Positions 23,225 to 35,254 of a DNA stretch of 64,000 bases are shown piece after piece. The translations under genes and the position numbers were made by a program. The stretch is from Felis catus (taxonomy: Eukaryota). The stretch lies in NCBI RefSeq assembly GCF_018350175.1, contig NC_058370.1, forward strand, positions 138,384,001-138,448,000, given 5' to 3'. The notes under the pieces were generated by a model that saw only the letters and a program-made list of their open reading frames with translations, did not search any database and had not been told where the DNA came from. Numbering within the stretch: position 1 is the stretch's first letter; every line of letters starts with the position of its first letter.

Positions 23225-25955
23225 AACGTGTTGTGTTTTTAATGGGACCTATCGGCTGAATTGAGAATACACGTCTTGGTTCGGGTGTGCTAAGAATCCT
23301 GACGTTGGTTAGGAAACGCTTAGTGCACGGACAGAGCCAGCAGTCAGAGAACTGTGTGATTGGCTGTCTCCAGTGAACGCTGTCTGGGACCCGGGCACAC
23401 GTAAGACTCAGAGCCACAGGCTGACACATCTCTGCCCTTTGGCCCATTTGCCATCCTGACGCATTTTCTCATTTCCAGTGTGTTGTCTTTTCCACGAACG
23501 GACACTGGAAGTCTGGTTGGAATCCTCTTTTAGGTAGGAGCGGTCATAAAACGCTGATTTCCTGGTGCTTGTGACCTGTCAAGTTTCTGCGTGAGTTGTA
23601 AAGAGGGACGGTGACCTGTGACCCACCTCCCCTGTGGCCTGTGACCCCCTGTGGCCTTACAGCTGGCCTTCTGCTCACACACGTGCTCGCACCTTCTCAC
23701 GGTTGTAGTCCTCGGACCGTGCACGTGTGGGACAGAATGTGAATATTGGCCAGAGTCCTCCAGCCGAACGGGACACTCGAGGGGGACCTCGTGCCCGGGC
23801 CGTTCCCTGTGGACCTGCAGGTGTGTGGGGAGCTGGCCCCTCACCCCCTCCTGTGGCCTTGCTATGGAGTCTGGGTCACGGGCGCAAGCCGCCTCCCGAC
23901 CCTTCCTCCCACGCGCCTCTCGTGGGCGTTGCTGCAGAGCGGACGGGGGGCAGGAAGGGGCCAGTCCGTTCCCGCTGGACTGCAGGGGCCGGAGAGGCCG
24001 GGGCGGTGACGGGCCCTGCACGCGTGTGTGCGTGCGCTCCGTGCCTCCCTGCCCCCTCGGCAGCCCGTCCTGAAGCCAGACGGGGACGCCTCCCCGGACC
24101 CTCGGCCGTCTCGGAATGACGCCATGTAGGGGGATTGATCTGTGACTTATTTTCTGCAGAGACCAATTTAGGCTCCTCTGCTTCGTTTTTATCCGCCGTC
24201 AGCAGTTCTGTCAACGGCACTTTGCGGCCCTCTGCCGGGTGTTTAATACGGAAACCTTCCTATGGATCCTGGCCGCCTTCACACGTTGCTGGAGGGTATC
24301 GTCTGCTGCGGTGAATCGAGTCCTGTGCTCGCTCCATCATTACCTTTTGCAATTAAATCGGAGGTTCTTTGCCGTTTGTAATCATTAGCAGAGCCCGGGG
24401 GGGTCTAGGGGGAGCTTCCGTGGGGTCCCGGCCCTGCCGAGGGCAGAGGGGACGCCTCCCTGTTCTGGTTCCCGCCCCTCTGTCTCCAGGGCCCGGTGGC
24501 TTCCGGCAGCGGTGGGAACAAGCAGCTTCCCAGGTGCAGCGAGCGAGCGGCCGAGCAGGAGGACGATGGGCGCCTTCAGAGCTGACTGTCCTCTTCCTTC
24601 CGGCCGCGCGTCCACGTGAGGGCTTCTCGAGGATGTACCCGGGGTCACCTGCTCGGCTGTATGCACCCAGGGGCACGGACATTCAGGAGTGCCTCTCTGA
24701 AGGAAGAGAGCGGGCGTCAGGGACACAGTGTTGGTTCAGAAATGTGGTCTGAGGTTGAACGCGCACCGGGAGGATCGCCTGCACGTACACGGAGAGGAGC
24801 TGGTGGTGACGGAAGGTCACTCGGTGCAGCTCAGGGCGCGTCCGCTGTGCCAGGAAGTAGACAACACGCGTTTCTCCTTGGGGACGGGGAGACAGGGACT
24901 GCCAGGTGGCAGCTGGGCTGCCCTCAGGACGAACACACCAGGTGGCCGGGGCCTGGGACTCCCGGCCCCGGTGTCCCCCTCTCCCGTGGGAGCCCGGCTG
25001 TCTCCTGCCGCGCTGTGACCCCTCCTTGCTCCCGGCCTGCGTCCCCAGATGTGTCCCCGAGCAGAGAAGGAGGCTTGTGAGGCCATTGTCATCTCCGATG
25101 CCGACTGCTCAGCAGCAGCGAGGCCGCGGGCCAGCGGGCTCCCCTCGGAACCCGTTCTCCTGTCCCGGCTCTGCCCTTTGCTGACGCGGCCCAGCGCGGG
25201 GACCTCGCTCCCGGCCCCCGGGGTGGTGCGGGCAGATGTGGCCACTCCGCCCCACGCCGTGTCCCTTTGCTCTCTGCCCTTTCGTGTTGTCAGCGGGACC
25301 TCTTGCAGACGGAAGGTTGTCATCTTGTTTTTAATAGACCTAAGTTTTGGAGAGGTTTTAATGGGTCCCCAGCAAAATTGAGGGAAGGGAACAGACACTC
25401 CCCCCGACCTCACGTGCACACCTCCCACCATCTGCGTCCACCCCAGATGGACATGTGCTGCACTCGCGGGGCCCGCTGCACAGAGCTGTGCTCCCTCGTC
25501 CCGTGTCCAAGGTCTCCGGTGACGTGGTGGCTCTTTCCCTGTGATTAGAGAGGAGGGTCGAGCACCCATTGCCCAGAGAGTGCGGATCCGTCCCGCGTGC
25601 CTGTGGTCACGCAGCAAGTGTGGACGGCAGGTGCTGAGGACACACGGGAGGGTTGGAGAGGTCCCCAGACACCCACCACGTGGCTTCGAAGCCGTAACAG
25701 GGCTCACGAGGTGTTTCCACAAATCTTTGTCCCTCGCTAATTGTAAAGCAGTCCACGTTCATGTAAAGAAAGACACAGACCTTGGGGTCACAGAATTCGA
25801 CTCCCTCACTTGACAGTTGAGAAAAGTAAGACCCAGGGAGCCAGGGGACGTCGTGGAGGCTGCAGGGTTTGAATGGCAGATTGGGGACTGCGGTTGTGAC
25901 GCCGCACGAAGTGTTTGCTGTGGCCCCGCGCGCGTGCCTCTGAGCCACGTTTGCG

Positions 25956-25988
<33 letters not shown>
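25956..25988. repeat. Poly-C run (33 nt)
   Basis: Homopolymer. Confidence 0.95.
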
Positions 25989-26918
25989 AGGGCCCGAGCC
26001 TCGGCGCCTGGCTGTCCCCACCGGCCCGTCGCGGTTTGTCTGCGAGGGCGGATGTGATGTTTGGAAACGGTCAAGATTTATTGGGAGGAAGATCTTGTAA
26101 ATAAGGTAGCTGCCCAGGCTTTGTAAAACTGGTCCGTGCAGCACAGGTTACAAGTCTGGAAACTGGTTTTGTGGTGAGCCTCATGCAAAGCAGTCCTACA
26201 CAGATGAGAGCACTCGCTGCTTGCCTACAGTCGGCGGGGCGGGCGGGGCTTCAGGCAGCGGTCACCGCGCTTTCTGTCTCCGGATACTTGTTTTTAGAAA
26301 AAAGCCGTCTTCAGGAACACACGGGGCAAGTCGTTTCCTAAGTTGCGTATCTCATGTGGCATGATAGCTACACATGGCTTTGATTTTGTAAACGTCGGAG
26401 ACAGCTAATATTCTTTAATCTTCCAGTTAGATCTTGGAAGAAATCGCCAAATACAAAGAGCTAGGCATCGGTGTCTGGCAAAGTGTTTGCTTCCCAGGTT
26501 CTCAAAAGACTTCTTTCTAGTAAGAGCGGATGATAGAGGAGAGAGAGTATGTTGTACACACGGGTGTATTTAAGGGACGCAGCTGCTGCGGCCGGGGGAG
26601 CGAGGCGTGCGAGCCTCAGTGGTGCCAGGCGGTGAGCCCTGCCGCGCGGCCCGGGGCTGTCTGAAGAGGGGCACGTGGCCAGGCTTTGAATGCAGACGCA
26701 CGGCCTCTGCCTTCCTGCACTTGGCCGCCCGGTTCTGGGGTCCGCAGTGTATGGCTGATTGAGTTTCAGTTCCCAGGCTGGCTTTGCTGCGATGGGCTGG
26801 GCCGGGCGTGGGCCGGCAGCCGTGCAGAAGGGAGCCCTGGCAGGCACGAGGCACACGAAGGACACACTGAAGGCCGTGGCTCTGTGGGGTGGGGGTGGGG
26901 TCCAGGCAGCCTCCCAAG

Positions 26919-27080
26919 CTTTGGAGTCAGGTCCCTTTCCCGCCACCCACAGGGTGACCTCGGTGAGTTGCGTGGCTGCACTGGCCTCGGTGACCCCATC
27001 TGTAAAGTGGGGACCGGTTTCCACACGTGTGAAGTGGCCCTTACGTGAGGACAGCAGGCCCCTCGGTGCCTGGCACACAG
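26919..27080 (+). mobile_element. MIR remnant
   Basis: gtgacctcggtgagttgc...gcctcggtgaccccatctgtaaagtgggg...gtgcctggcacac core. Confidence 0.55.
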
Positions 27081-27104
27081 GCCTCACTCGCCTGTTGGCC
27101 GCAC

Positions 27105-27142
27105 GGTGGGGGTGGGGGTGGGGGTGGGGGTGGGGGTGGGGG
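27105..27142. repeat. (GGGGGT)6 G4-prone repeat
   Basis: Perfect hexamer array. Confidence 0.95.
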
Positions 27143-30100
27143 CCGGATGAGCGTCTGGGTGAGTGGATGGGTACGGCGGCCGGAATACGCAGTGCTTAAA
27201 CCTGGGCTGTGGATGAGAGTCGCTGACTAGGATCCCAGTGCGAAGGCCAGAGGTACAGGGAGAGAAACCGAGACGCCGAAAAGCAGTCTGTGTTGACTTG
27301 ATAATTAAATTCCTCCCCTCAGAGCCAGCAGGGGGGATCACAACTCACACGTGAAGGGCGCGTGTGTGATCGCTGCACTGCTTCCGGGCTTTTGAGCCCA
27401 CGTTACGTACAAGCTTCCCCCTCTGCAAAGATTGGCCTGTGATTAGATCTCTCTCTCCAGCGGATCGCCGGAGTGTGGTTGGCGCGACAGGAGCATTGGT
27501 TACGTTCTAGTCCGTCTTGGTCAGGAAATTGAAATCTGTGCTCACAACCTTTGCGGTGTCGAGTGTGGAGCTGAGGTCAAGACTGCAGGTGTGGGAGCAG
27601 GACGCACGGTTTCCTCTGCAAAGAGAGCTCAGGTTTTAGAGCAGCAAAGGGGCAAAAGCCCTCGTAGTTCTGTTCTTCCTGCAAATAGAGTGCTGTTTGC
27701 AATACGCTAAAAATAACTTTAAAACGGCCTCAGATTCCCTCCCCGGTGCTGGCACCTAATACCCTGTGTGCATTTTCAAAGACAGGCTGGCTCTGGTTCC
27801 CAGGAGGCCAGCTCCGCAGAGCCTGGAACGCCTTCTCCCGGGGAACAGAGTCCCCGCAGCAGTGTGGGGCCCGTGCAGCCACCCCCGTGACCCTGGACAG
27901 CTTGGGGCGGAGGGGTGGCAGGACCCCCCCTCTGCCTTCTTCAGGGCCCCTGTGCACACCAGCCTCGCGGCCAGCCCTCCTCTCCCATGCCTCTTCCACG
28001 TCTGAGGGCAGTGACTGGCTGGGGCTGTCCTGTTGAACCCATTCCCGTCACCCCATCGACCCTGATGACTCACCCCACGCCTTCTGTCCACCCCTGAAGA
28101 CAGACCAGGGCTCCGGGCATTGTCCGGGCCCTGGAGGCTCTCATTTAATTTCCATGGCCCTGCGGGGTGGGCTCCTGAATAGCTCTGGTAACTCTCATGG
28201 GAGAGTTACCAGAGGGAAGCCAGGCTCGAGGGGACCATGCCACTGGCCAGGTCGCTTGGAATCACAGCTGGGGCTCATGCCCAAATCTGGGGCTGGAATT
28301 TCCGGCCTGAGAGAGGCAGGGGACACCCGATACTCGAAGGAATGCCCTGTTGGTGTCGTCTCAAACGGGCACTGTAGGCGTGCCAGCATGCGTTTGGCTG
28401 CAGGACAAAAGAAATGACTTAAAGACTGAGGGAGTTTGCTGTCTGATGTGACAAGGAACGTGGCTATAAAGCAGCTCTGGGTTTGTCAGTCCAGTGTCTC
28501 AATAGCATCAGGACCCAGCCACTTGGCACACTTCTCTTGTGCTGCAGTCACACGGTGCTGCTGTCTCCCGTCACGCTCGCAAGGTGACTGTGGTGGCTCC
28601 AGCCATCGCATCCAGACTCCCGCATCATCCACAAAGAGCAGACTTCTTGCCTGCATCCTGTTTGTAAGGAAAGCCCTTCCTGGAAGTGTCTCTGTCCCGT
28701 CTTCAGACACCGCCACCTGCGCCTGCCGAAACCAGTCGCCGGCAGGGACACAAGCCTGTCACGTGTGCCTTAGAGCAGCCCCCCAGTCCCCGGGGTGGGG
28801 AGGGGCCGCAGCCCTGCCATTGCGTCCCTTGCCGCCCTCCTTCCACCGGGGGGGGGGCGGTGGGGGGTGGCCCTTTCTCAGCCACTCGCCCGGCATCTTG
28901 GTCGGTGGCCCGCACGGGCCTCTTGTCTGCTGTGCTCCTTCCGCCGAGCCCGGCGCCTTGTCAGCCCGGGGTCTGGGCACAGACAGTGCGGCTGTTGTGT
29001 CTGGAAACGCTTTGCCGGCTCTTCTTTGTGCCCACGTGGCCGCTCACGGCAGCGCGAGTCGCAGAGTTTTGTTCGCCAGACTTGTGTTTTGTTCACAGGC
29101 TGGGGCGGGTTCCGTCTGTGAAGAGAGGTGTGGGGGGCAGCTCTAGTCCCTCCCTCTGGAGCAGGAGGCTCGGGACGGGGTCGTTGTTGTGAGTGTTGAA
29201 GAGCGGGGTGCGCGTGAACTGCACTCTGGGGTTCCTGCACAGCTCTGTCTCCGTGTCACCAGGAAGCCTAAGCGTGTGCTCGGTCAGCCTTACTTAGAAC
29301 CTGCACGGCGAGGTCTCCTTCCGGCGGTCTTGCAGAGGGACCTCGGGCACGGCGTTCCCGCTGTCCCGGGCGGATCGTGCGCTAGGGAGCGCCTAGGTCC
29401 TGTTCCTGCCCCACCGCTGTGTGAGACACGGGGCGTCGCCCACCCTCTCTGGTCTCAGATTTCCCGGCTTGACATCAGGGGGCTAGACCGGCCCATCGCT
29501 CGTGGTCTCCCCTCTCCTCTGGCAGGCGCTCGTGTCCCTTATCTCTAACAAATGACCGGGAACGTGGCTGCCTCCCGGAGCCCCCACCTGGCACGACAGT
29601 TTCTGTGACCGTCAGGGACCTGGAGGCCGGCCACCCCTGGCGTCTCTCAGGGGCCGCGTGCAGGAGTCAGTGTCTGGGTCTCAGCAGAGGACTCGACCGG
29701 GGCGGGGGTTGTGCCCCAAGCTCAGGATACCGTTGGCCTGGGGCCTCGGTTCCCTGCACGCGGGCATCTGAGTGTGGCCGCCAGCCTCATCGAAGCCAGG
29801 GGGCAGTGGGGAACCTCACATGGTGTAGGACGCCCCTCGGCACAGAGGGCTCTGTCAGTTTGAAGGCCAATACCTAGGGAGGGCCCTGCCCACCACGGGC
29901 TGTCCAGCCTCCTGCCCTCAGGCCATCGGGCTGACCTTCCACGGACCCTGCCCACTCAGCCTACACCGTCTCCCCTCTGCCCTTTGTCCGGTCAGGATGT
30001 GTATGTTTCCCGTCTCTGCCTCACTGTGCAGGAATCCCTCCTGCTTTCACCGATTTGAGGTGTGTGCGGCCCCAGAGGCCATCCCGGGTCCTCGCCGTGC

Positions 30101-32139
30101 CTGGCCTGGTCCCTCCAGCTGGCCCAGCGCTGTTTCCTCTGGGATGTCCGGATTTCCATTGTAATCTCTCATCCTGGCCGTGCCACGGGCTGGCTGGGGT
30201 TTCCTTGCAGTTATTACACGTCTGTACCTGGGTTTCCTCATCTGGGACGTGGGTCTGTTAGCACGTACGTCGTGCGGCTGCAGTGACCTCACCAGGACAG
30301 GACCGCGCGGTAGCTGATAACCAGTTAGCGTTCCCACCGGAGCGAGCCTCACGTGGAGCGCTCACCTCTGCAGCAGGGGGGTGTGGTGTGGGCCGGGTCA
30401 CCGACCCTCTGTCCACCTGTCCCTCTGCCGTACTCGGCGTGGCCGGGGCCACTCGATGTGCTTGCTGACGGCTGCACCGCTGGTTGCTGGTTGGTTGATG
30501 GATTAATTACCAGCTGCCTTCAGAAAGCTGGAGGAGTCCGGAAGCTGGAGGCCGCAGGCTGGTTCTGCGGAGTGAGCTTTGGAAGCAGACGGTGCTCGTT
30601 AGTTTTGCCGATTTAACCTCTCCGAGGGGCCCTGATGGAATCAGAAGGGACATGAGTGCCGAGGGCTCGGTGACGAGGCTCAAGGGTCATCCGTGTCCGG
30701 GGCGATGCGGTGACGCTTCCCCACCAGCCTGTGGGCAAGTCCCCCAGTCGGACGTACATCCCCTTCTTCTGAAGGTGTGACCTCGCGTCTTTACCTTTCT
30801 AAAGCCCGCGGTGACGAGCCAGTCTGTGTGACAGAGAACCAGGGAGCTGTGTGTTGACTTCATTGTCCTGCTTGCTGATCTGATCTAACCCGTCCTCGGC
30901 AATGTGGAATAGCACCCGGAGAAATCTTGTTTGATTGATTTGTTTTTTTCCCTAAAGGAGAAACTGCGAGCATACTTCTTAGCCAGTGCCGGGAGTGTGG
31001 CGGTTGAAACCGGCTGGCCCGGCTGAAGCCCCCACGGGTCTCTGGCGCCTGGTGTGGAACCTCAGCGTCCAGGCCGCGATGCCCCCTGCGAAGCGGGCAC
31101 CTGTCTTCGCCTCCCGCCTCGTTCTTACTCACGATCCTCCGTGGCGTGGCATCTAGGTCCCCGTCGTGAATCGCCCGCCACCGTTCTGTGTCGTCTGTGG
31201 CTTGGTGGGGGTGGCCTGCGTGCCCTGCGGGGTCCCCCGGGGGTTCCGTGGGGGGCTACCTCCCACAGACCCTCAGGCCTCGTGTTCCCAGGGGCCCCGG
31301 CGCCCCGGCTGCTGAGACGGCCCAAGAGGAGCTGTGAGGTCTGGTGCCAGAGCAGGAAGGGCAGAGCCCCGCCCCTTCGGCTAAGTGCGCCGTCTGTTGT
31401 CCCCACGCGGTCCGCGTGTCCTTGTCACCCCGCCTGCTTGGCCGCCGCCCACTGGTCCTGGTGGCACCTGACGGACTGGGCCGGGCCACGTCCCTCCCCA
31501 GGAATTTCTCAGAGAGTCTCAGGGTCGGCCTGGTCTTCTGTGGGTGTCTGCTCTGGGTGCCGCTGCCCCTGCCTGGGGGCTGGAGAGAGCCAGAGCAGCT
31601 CAGAGCGGGTGCGGACAGGCACAGGGGTGAGGGGTGAGGGGCTCTGGTGTGAGTCCCCACGGATGCTGTTCCCGACGTCGCCCCGAGACGCCCCGGGTCC
31701 CGGCTCAGCCAAGGCCTCCTATTCCCAGGACCGCTCTGCCCCTGGTGACCCCTCGCCTGACCTTGCTCTTCTGCCTGTGGCCCCGAGCCGCTGCCCTCGG
31801 TGTCCCTTCACGGCCCCCAAGAACTCCCGGCACACGTGTGGGCCTGCGTCCACTGGACCAGCAGTGGTCAGCCTGGGAAAGCCTTGCGTTCATTCTCCAC
31901 GTTCTCCCGTCGTGAGCTCGTCTGGCCTCGGCCTCTGTCCCCAGCCACTCCCCCGTCATTTCTGGGCACACCCCGGGCCTCCTTGGGAGATGGCTGCCCC
32001 CTGGGTGCTGTCCTGCCCTCCGGCCGCGTGACTGTGGTCCTGCTGTCCCCAGAGCGCCGGGCTGGTCGTGGCTCTGCTTCGTGCACGCCTCGTCAGCACT
32101 GCGTCCCCGTGAGTAGGACGGACACAGTACCTATTTCTT

Positions 32140-32355
32140 TTCTTTTTTTAAAATTTTTTTTCAAGTTTATTTATTTTGAGAGAGAGGCAGAGAGAGCACA
32201 AGTGGGGGGCAGAGAGAGAGGGTGAGAGAGTGTCCCAGGCAGGCTCCGTGCTGTCAGCCAGAGCCGGACTCGGGGCTCGAACTCGTGGACCGTGAGATCA
32301 TGAGCTGAGATCAAGAGTCGGATGCTCAACCAACCGAGCCACCCAGGTTCCCCCT
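32140..32355 (-). mobile_element. Older Can-SINE
   Basis: Poly-T...gagatcaagagtcggatgctcaaccaaccgagccacccagg. Confidence 0.92.
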
Positions 32356-32376
32356 CCCCCTTTTTAAAATTTTTGG

Positions 32377-32587
32377 GGGGCGCCTGGGTGGCGCAGTCGG
32401 TTAAGCGTCCGACTTCAGCCAGGTCACGATCTCGCGGTCCGTGAGTTCGAGCCCCGCGTCGGGCTCTGGGCTGATGGCTCAGAGCCTGGAGCCTGTTTCC
32501 GATTCTGTGTCTCCCTCTCTCTCTGCCCCTCCCCCGTTCATGCTCTGTCTCTCTCTGTCCCAAAAATAAATAAACGTTGAAAAAAAA
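32377..32587 (+). mobile_element. Young felid Can-SINE, full length
   Basis: Near-consensus body; TSD AAAATTTTTGG at 32366-32376 and 32588-32598. Confidence 0.97.
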
Positions 32588-33343
32588 AAAATTTTTGGTT
32601 TTTTTCACAGTACCTATCTCTTGCCTGGAACGGAAGTAACCCTTTAACTTTGTGCCGAGAGAGGATTAATAGGTTGTACTTGCTGCCCGTGAAGGCGGAG
32701 CAGAGACCTCACCTGGGGTGTTGTAAGGCAAAGGCCCAGCTTTGCCAAGGAGAGGGCTTGGGGGTGGGCGGGGGCCAGGCCCGGAGCAGCTGGGTGGGGC
32801 CGAGGGAAGGACTCCCCTAAACCCGGGAGGCGCATGGTAGTGGTGGCGGCTTGGGGGCCTGCGGGGAGCACGGGCACTGACCGCCCGGATGTGCCCGGGG
32901 GGACATCGTGCCCGTGTACTGTCTTAGAGACGCCCCTGCTGTCCCGACTCAGGACGCAGTGGGCACTGGGCGCCGGGGCGCGTGTGCCTGGAGCAGCCGT
33001 GCGGACCTTGCCGGCCGGGATGTGGCCGCCGGGGAGGCCAGGTGACTGAGTGGCTGGGCGGTGCTGCCTTCGGGCTGGAGCAGGCCAGCCCGGCACACCC
33101 TGGCAGGTCTCATTCAGCACGGGGGCTATTCATATGCTTTCTATTTTTGCCCTGCTCGGTTTTCTAGCTTTTTCCAAATAAGGTTCAAACGTTTTTGCCT
33201 TTTAAGGGGAGGTGACAAAGACAGAACTCCCTAGTTATTTTCCATAATGTCCCGCGCGTGCAGGATGTCCTCTCAAGCTTTGTGAAAAAAGGTTCACGTT
33301 ACTGTTTTTCTCTTCTTCCCTTGGAACACCCCCCAACTCCCAG

Positions 33344-33480
33344 CTGGCCGGTTCGGCGTCCCTGGAAGGGAAGGGACAGCTGAAGTTCACCTCGGGACGG
33401 TGGAGCCCTCACCACACCTGTACCCAGGTGGCCACCGCGAATGACACGACCATCCGAGGGTGGGACACGCGGAGCATGAG
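33344..33480 (+). CDS. EIPR1: EIPR1 coding exon (probably exon 6): [45 protein letters not shown](S)
   Basis: Acceptor aactcccag|CTG, donor AG|gtcagt; 137 nt, phase 0 to 2; not in the ORF track, translated by hand. Confidence 0.96.
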
Positions 33481-33545
33481 GTCAGTGGCTGTTGTGACTC
33501 GTGGGTGTGCCCTGGGCGCTGCCCCCTCTCCCCACCCCTCCTCAT

Positions 33546-33559
33546 CCACCAGGGGGCGA
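33546..33559 (+). promoter_or_regulatory. Candidate CTCF motif
   Basis: CCACCAGGGGGCGA vs consensus core CCACCAGGGGGCGC. Confidence 0.45.
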
Positions 33560-34068
33560 CTCTGAGTCCGGAGTATTTGGGTCACACAGCGTGTGTGCAT
33601 GTGCGCTTGTGTGTGTGCGCGTGTGCCCTTGTGCGTGTGTGCGCTCTTGGTTTTGCGGGGGGCCGTAGCCCTCGCTTTGTCTCTCTGCCCCGCCTGGAGC
33701 TGGAAGACCCATCACAGTGGACGGGGTTCCTCAGCTGTTACTGTTCCGTGTGGATGTCCCTTGACTGGTGGCAGTTTGCACTGAAAACTAGGACTGGGCT
33801 TGCGTAGCTCCTCGCCAGGGGCAGGGTGGCCGCTGGGCTCCTGGTCCCCGCGATTAGCGAGCACACGGTGACAGGTGCAGCCCCAGGTTCAGTTTGGGGA
33901 GGTGCCTGTGACCGTGTCTGTGCCTTTAAGACACACGCCTCCCGGGTAACCGACTTTGTCATTTAAGTCATTATGCGCCGCAGCCAGTGGTTCTAATGGA
34001 ACAAATAAGAGTGATTTTTCTGTTCCAGGTGTGGTTTGATAGGCAAAGGAGTGATGGGGTGCACATCT

Positions 34069-34082
34069 GTTGCCGTGGCAAC
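34069..34082. promoter_or_regulatory. Candidate RFX X-box
   Basis: GTTGCCGTGGCAAC, one mismatch from palindromic GTTGCCATGGCAAC. Confidence 0.5.
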
Positions 34083-35254
34083 GGGAGCCGTGCAATCGTT
34101 CTTAAGATACAGTTTACCCCTCAGCACACCGTCATTTATCACCGAGGCGCAAATAGCTTGTGTTGCCTTCAAGGGTGGGGCACAACTTTGAATGTAGTTC
34201 TGCGGCCCCTCTGGAAACTCGGGGGCTAATAAATAATCAATTGCCACTTCCTCGGGGTGTGAATATTGCTTGAAGCCGGAAGCTGGAAGCCGAGGACCAC
34301 GGGCCTGAAGGACGTGCCGCCTGAAACCCGTCTCTGTGGGTCCCGTGGCCTCCTCGTCCTCTGTTTTCACGCTTCCTTCAAGGGCGGGAAGAACGACAGT
34401 CTCTGGAGACCAGAAACTCCGCGGCTGCTGTTGGAGAGCCCGGACGGAGAGCAGGCAGGGTGTGGGTGGCGGTGCCCCGTGGGAACCCCCTCGCCCCGGT
34501 CTTCTCCGGGGACGAGCCCCGCGCCGTGCTGACTCAGTTCTCCTTCTGCCGACGGCTCTGGTGTTCGCCTAGCCGGGGTGCTTTTGATGTTGTTTTTGGA
34601 ACGTACTGCGCTTTCGTGCCAAAATCCCTGCCACCAGGGCACACGGAAAACCCTCCATCAGGGCTCCGCACACGTGCGGCTGTCCCCGCAGTGCCCTGGG
34701 ACCTGCCACGGTGGTACTTTCATACGTTTGCCGGTTGCACGTGGAAGGTCTTCGGGGTGGGCTGTCTTCTTTTAGGAAAAAATATTAGGGTGTTGGAAAG
34801 GTGCAGGATACAGGAACCGTCTCAAGGTTTAAAGTGGTTTAGGGCCGGCAGGCCCGGCGTGGGAGTAGATGGAAGGGAATGACTTTCCCCACCTCGAGGG
34901 CACGGGCACACGTGGCTGTCAGATGCGCAAGGAGATCCCACCCGCCGGCTCACCAGCGAGGAAGCCGGGGGACTGGGGACGGGGCGTGGTCACAGGCGAG
35001 GCCCGGTCACAGCCAAGCGGGGATGCGCTGAGAGCACCGTGGGCGGCGGTGACCTCGCCGCGTCCATGTGGTTTCAGCCACCCTGCAGCCTCCCTGGATG
35101 CCCTGCCCCTCGCCTTTGGGTGTCTGACATCAGAAGGACTCCTCGTGTGGATGGAATGTTCTCATTTCCCACCCTGGGAAGAGCAGCTTGGAGCAGTGGA
35201 AGTCAGGTTTCCGTTGGGTCTGTGCATACACGTGTGTGTGTATGCACGTGAGTG

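Noticed and set aside
34010-34060. Extra EIPR1 coding exon at ttttctgttccag|GTG
   Set aside because: The flanking exons already join in phase to give the expected protein, and the phase-compatible frame here hits TGA within a few codons.
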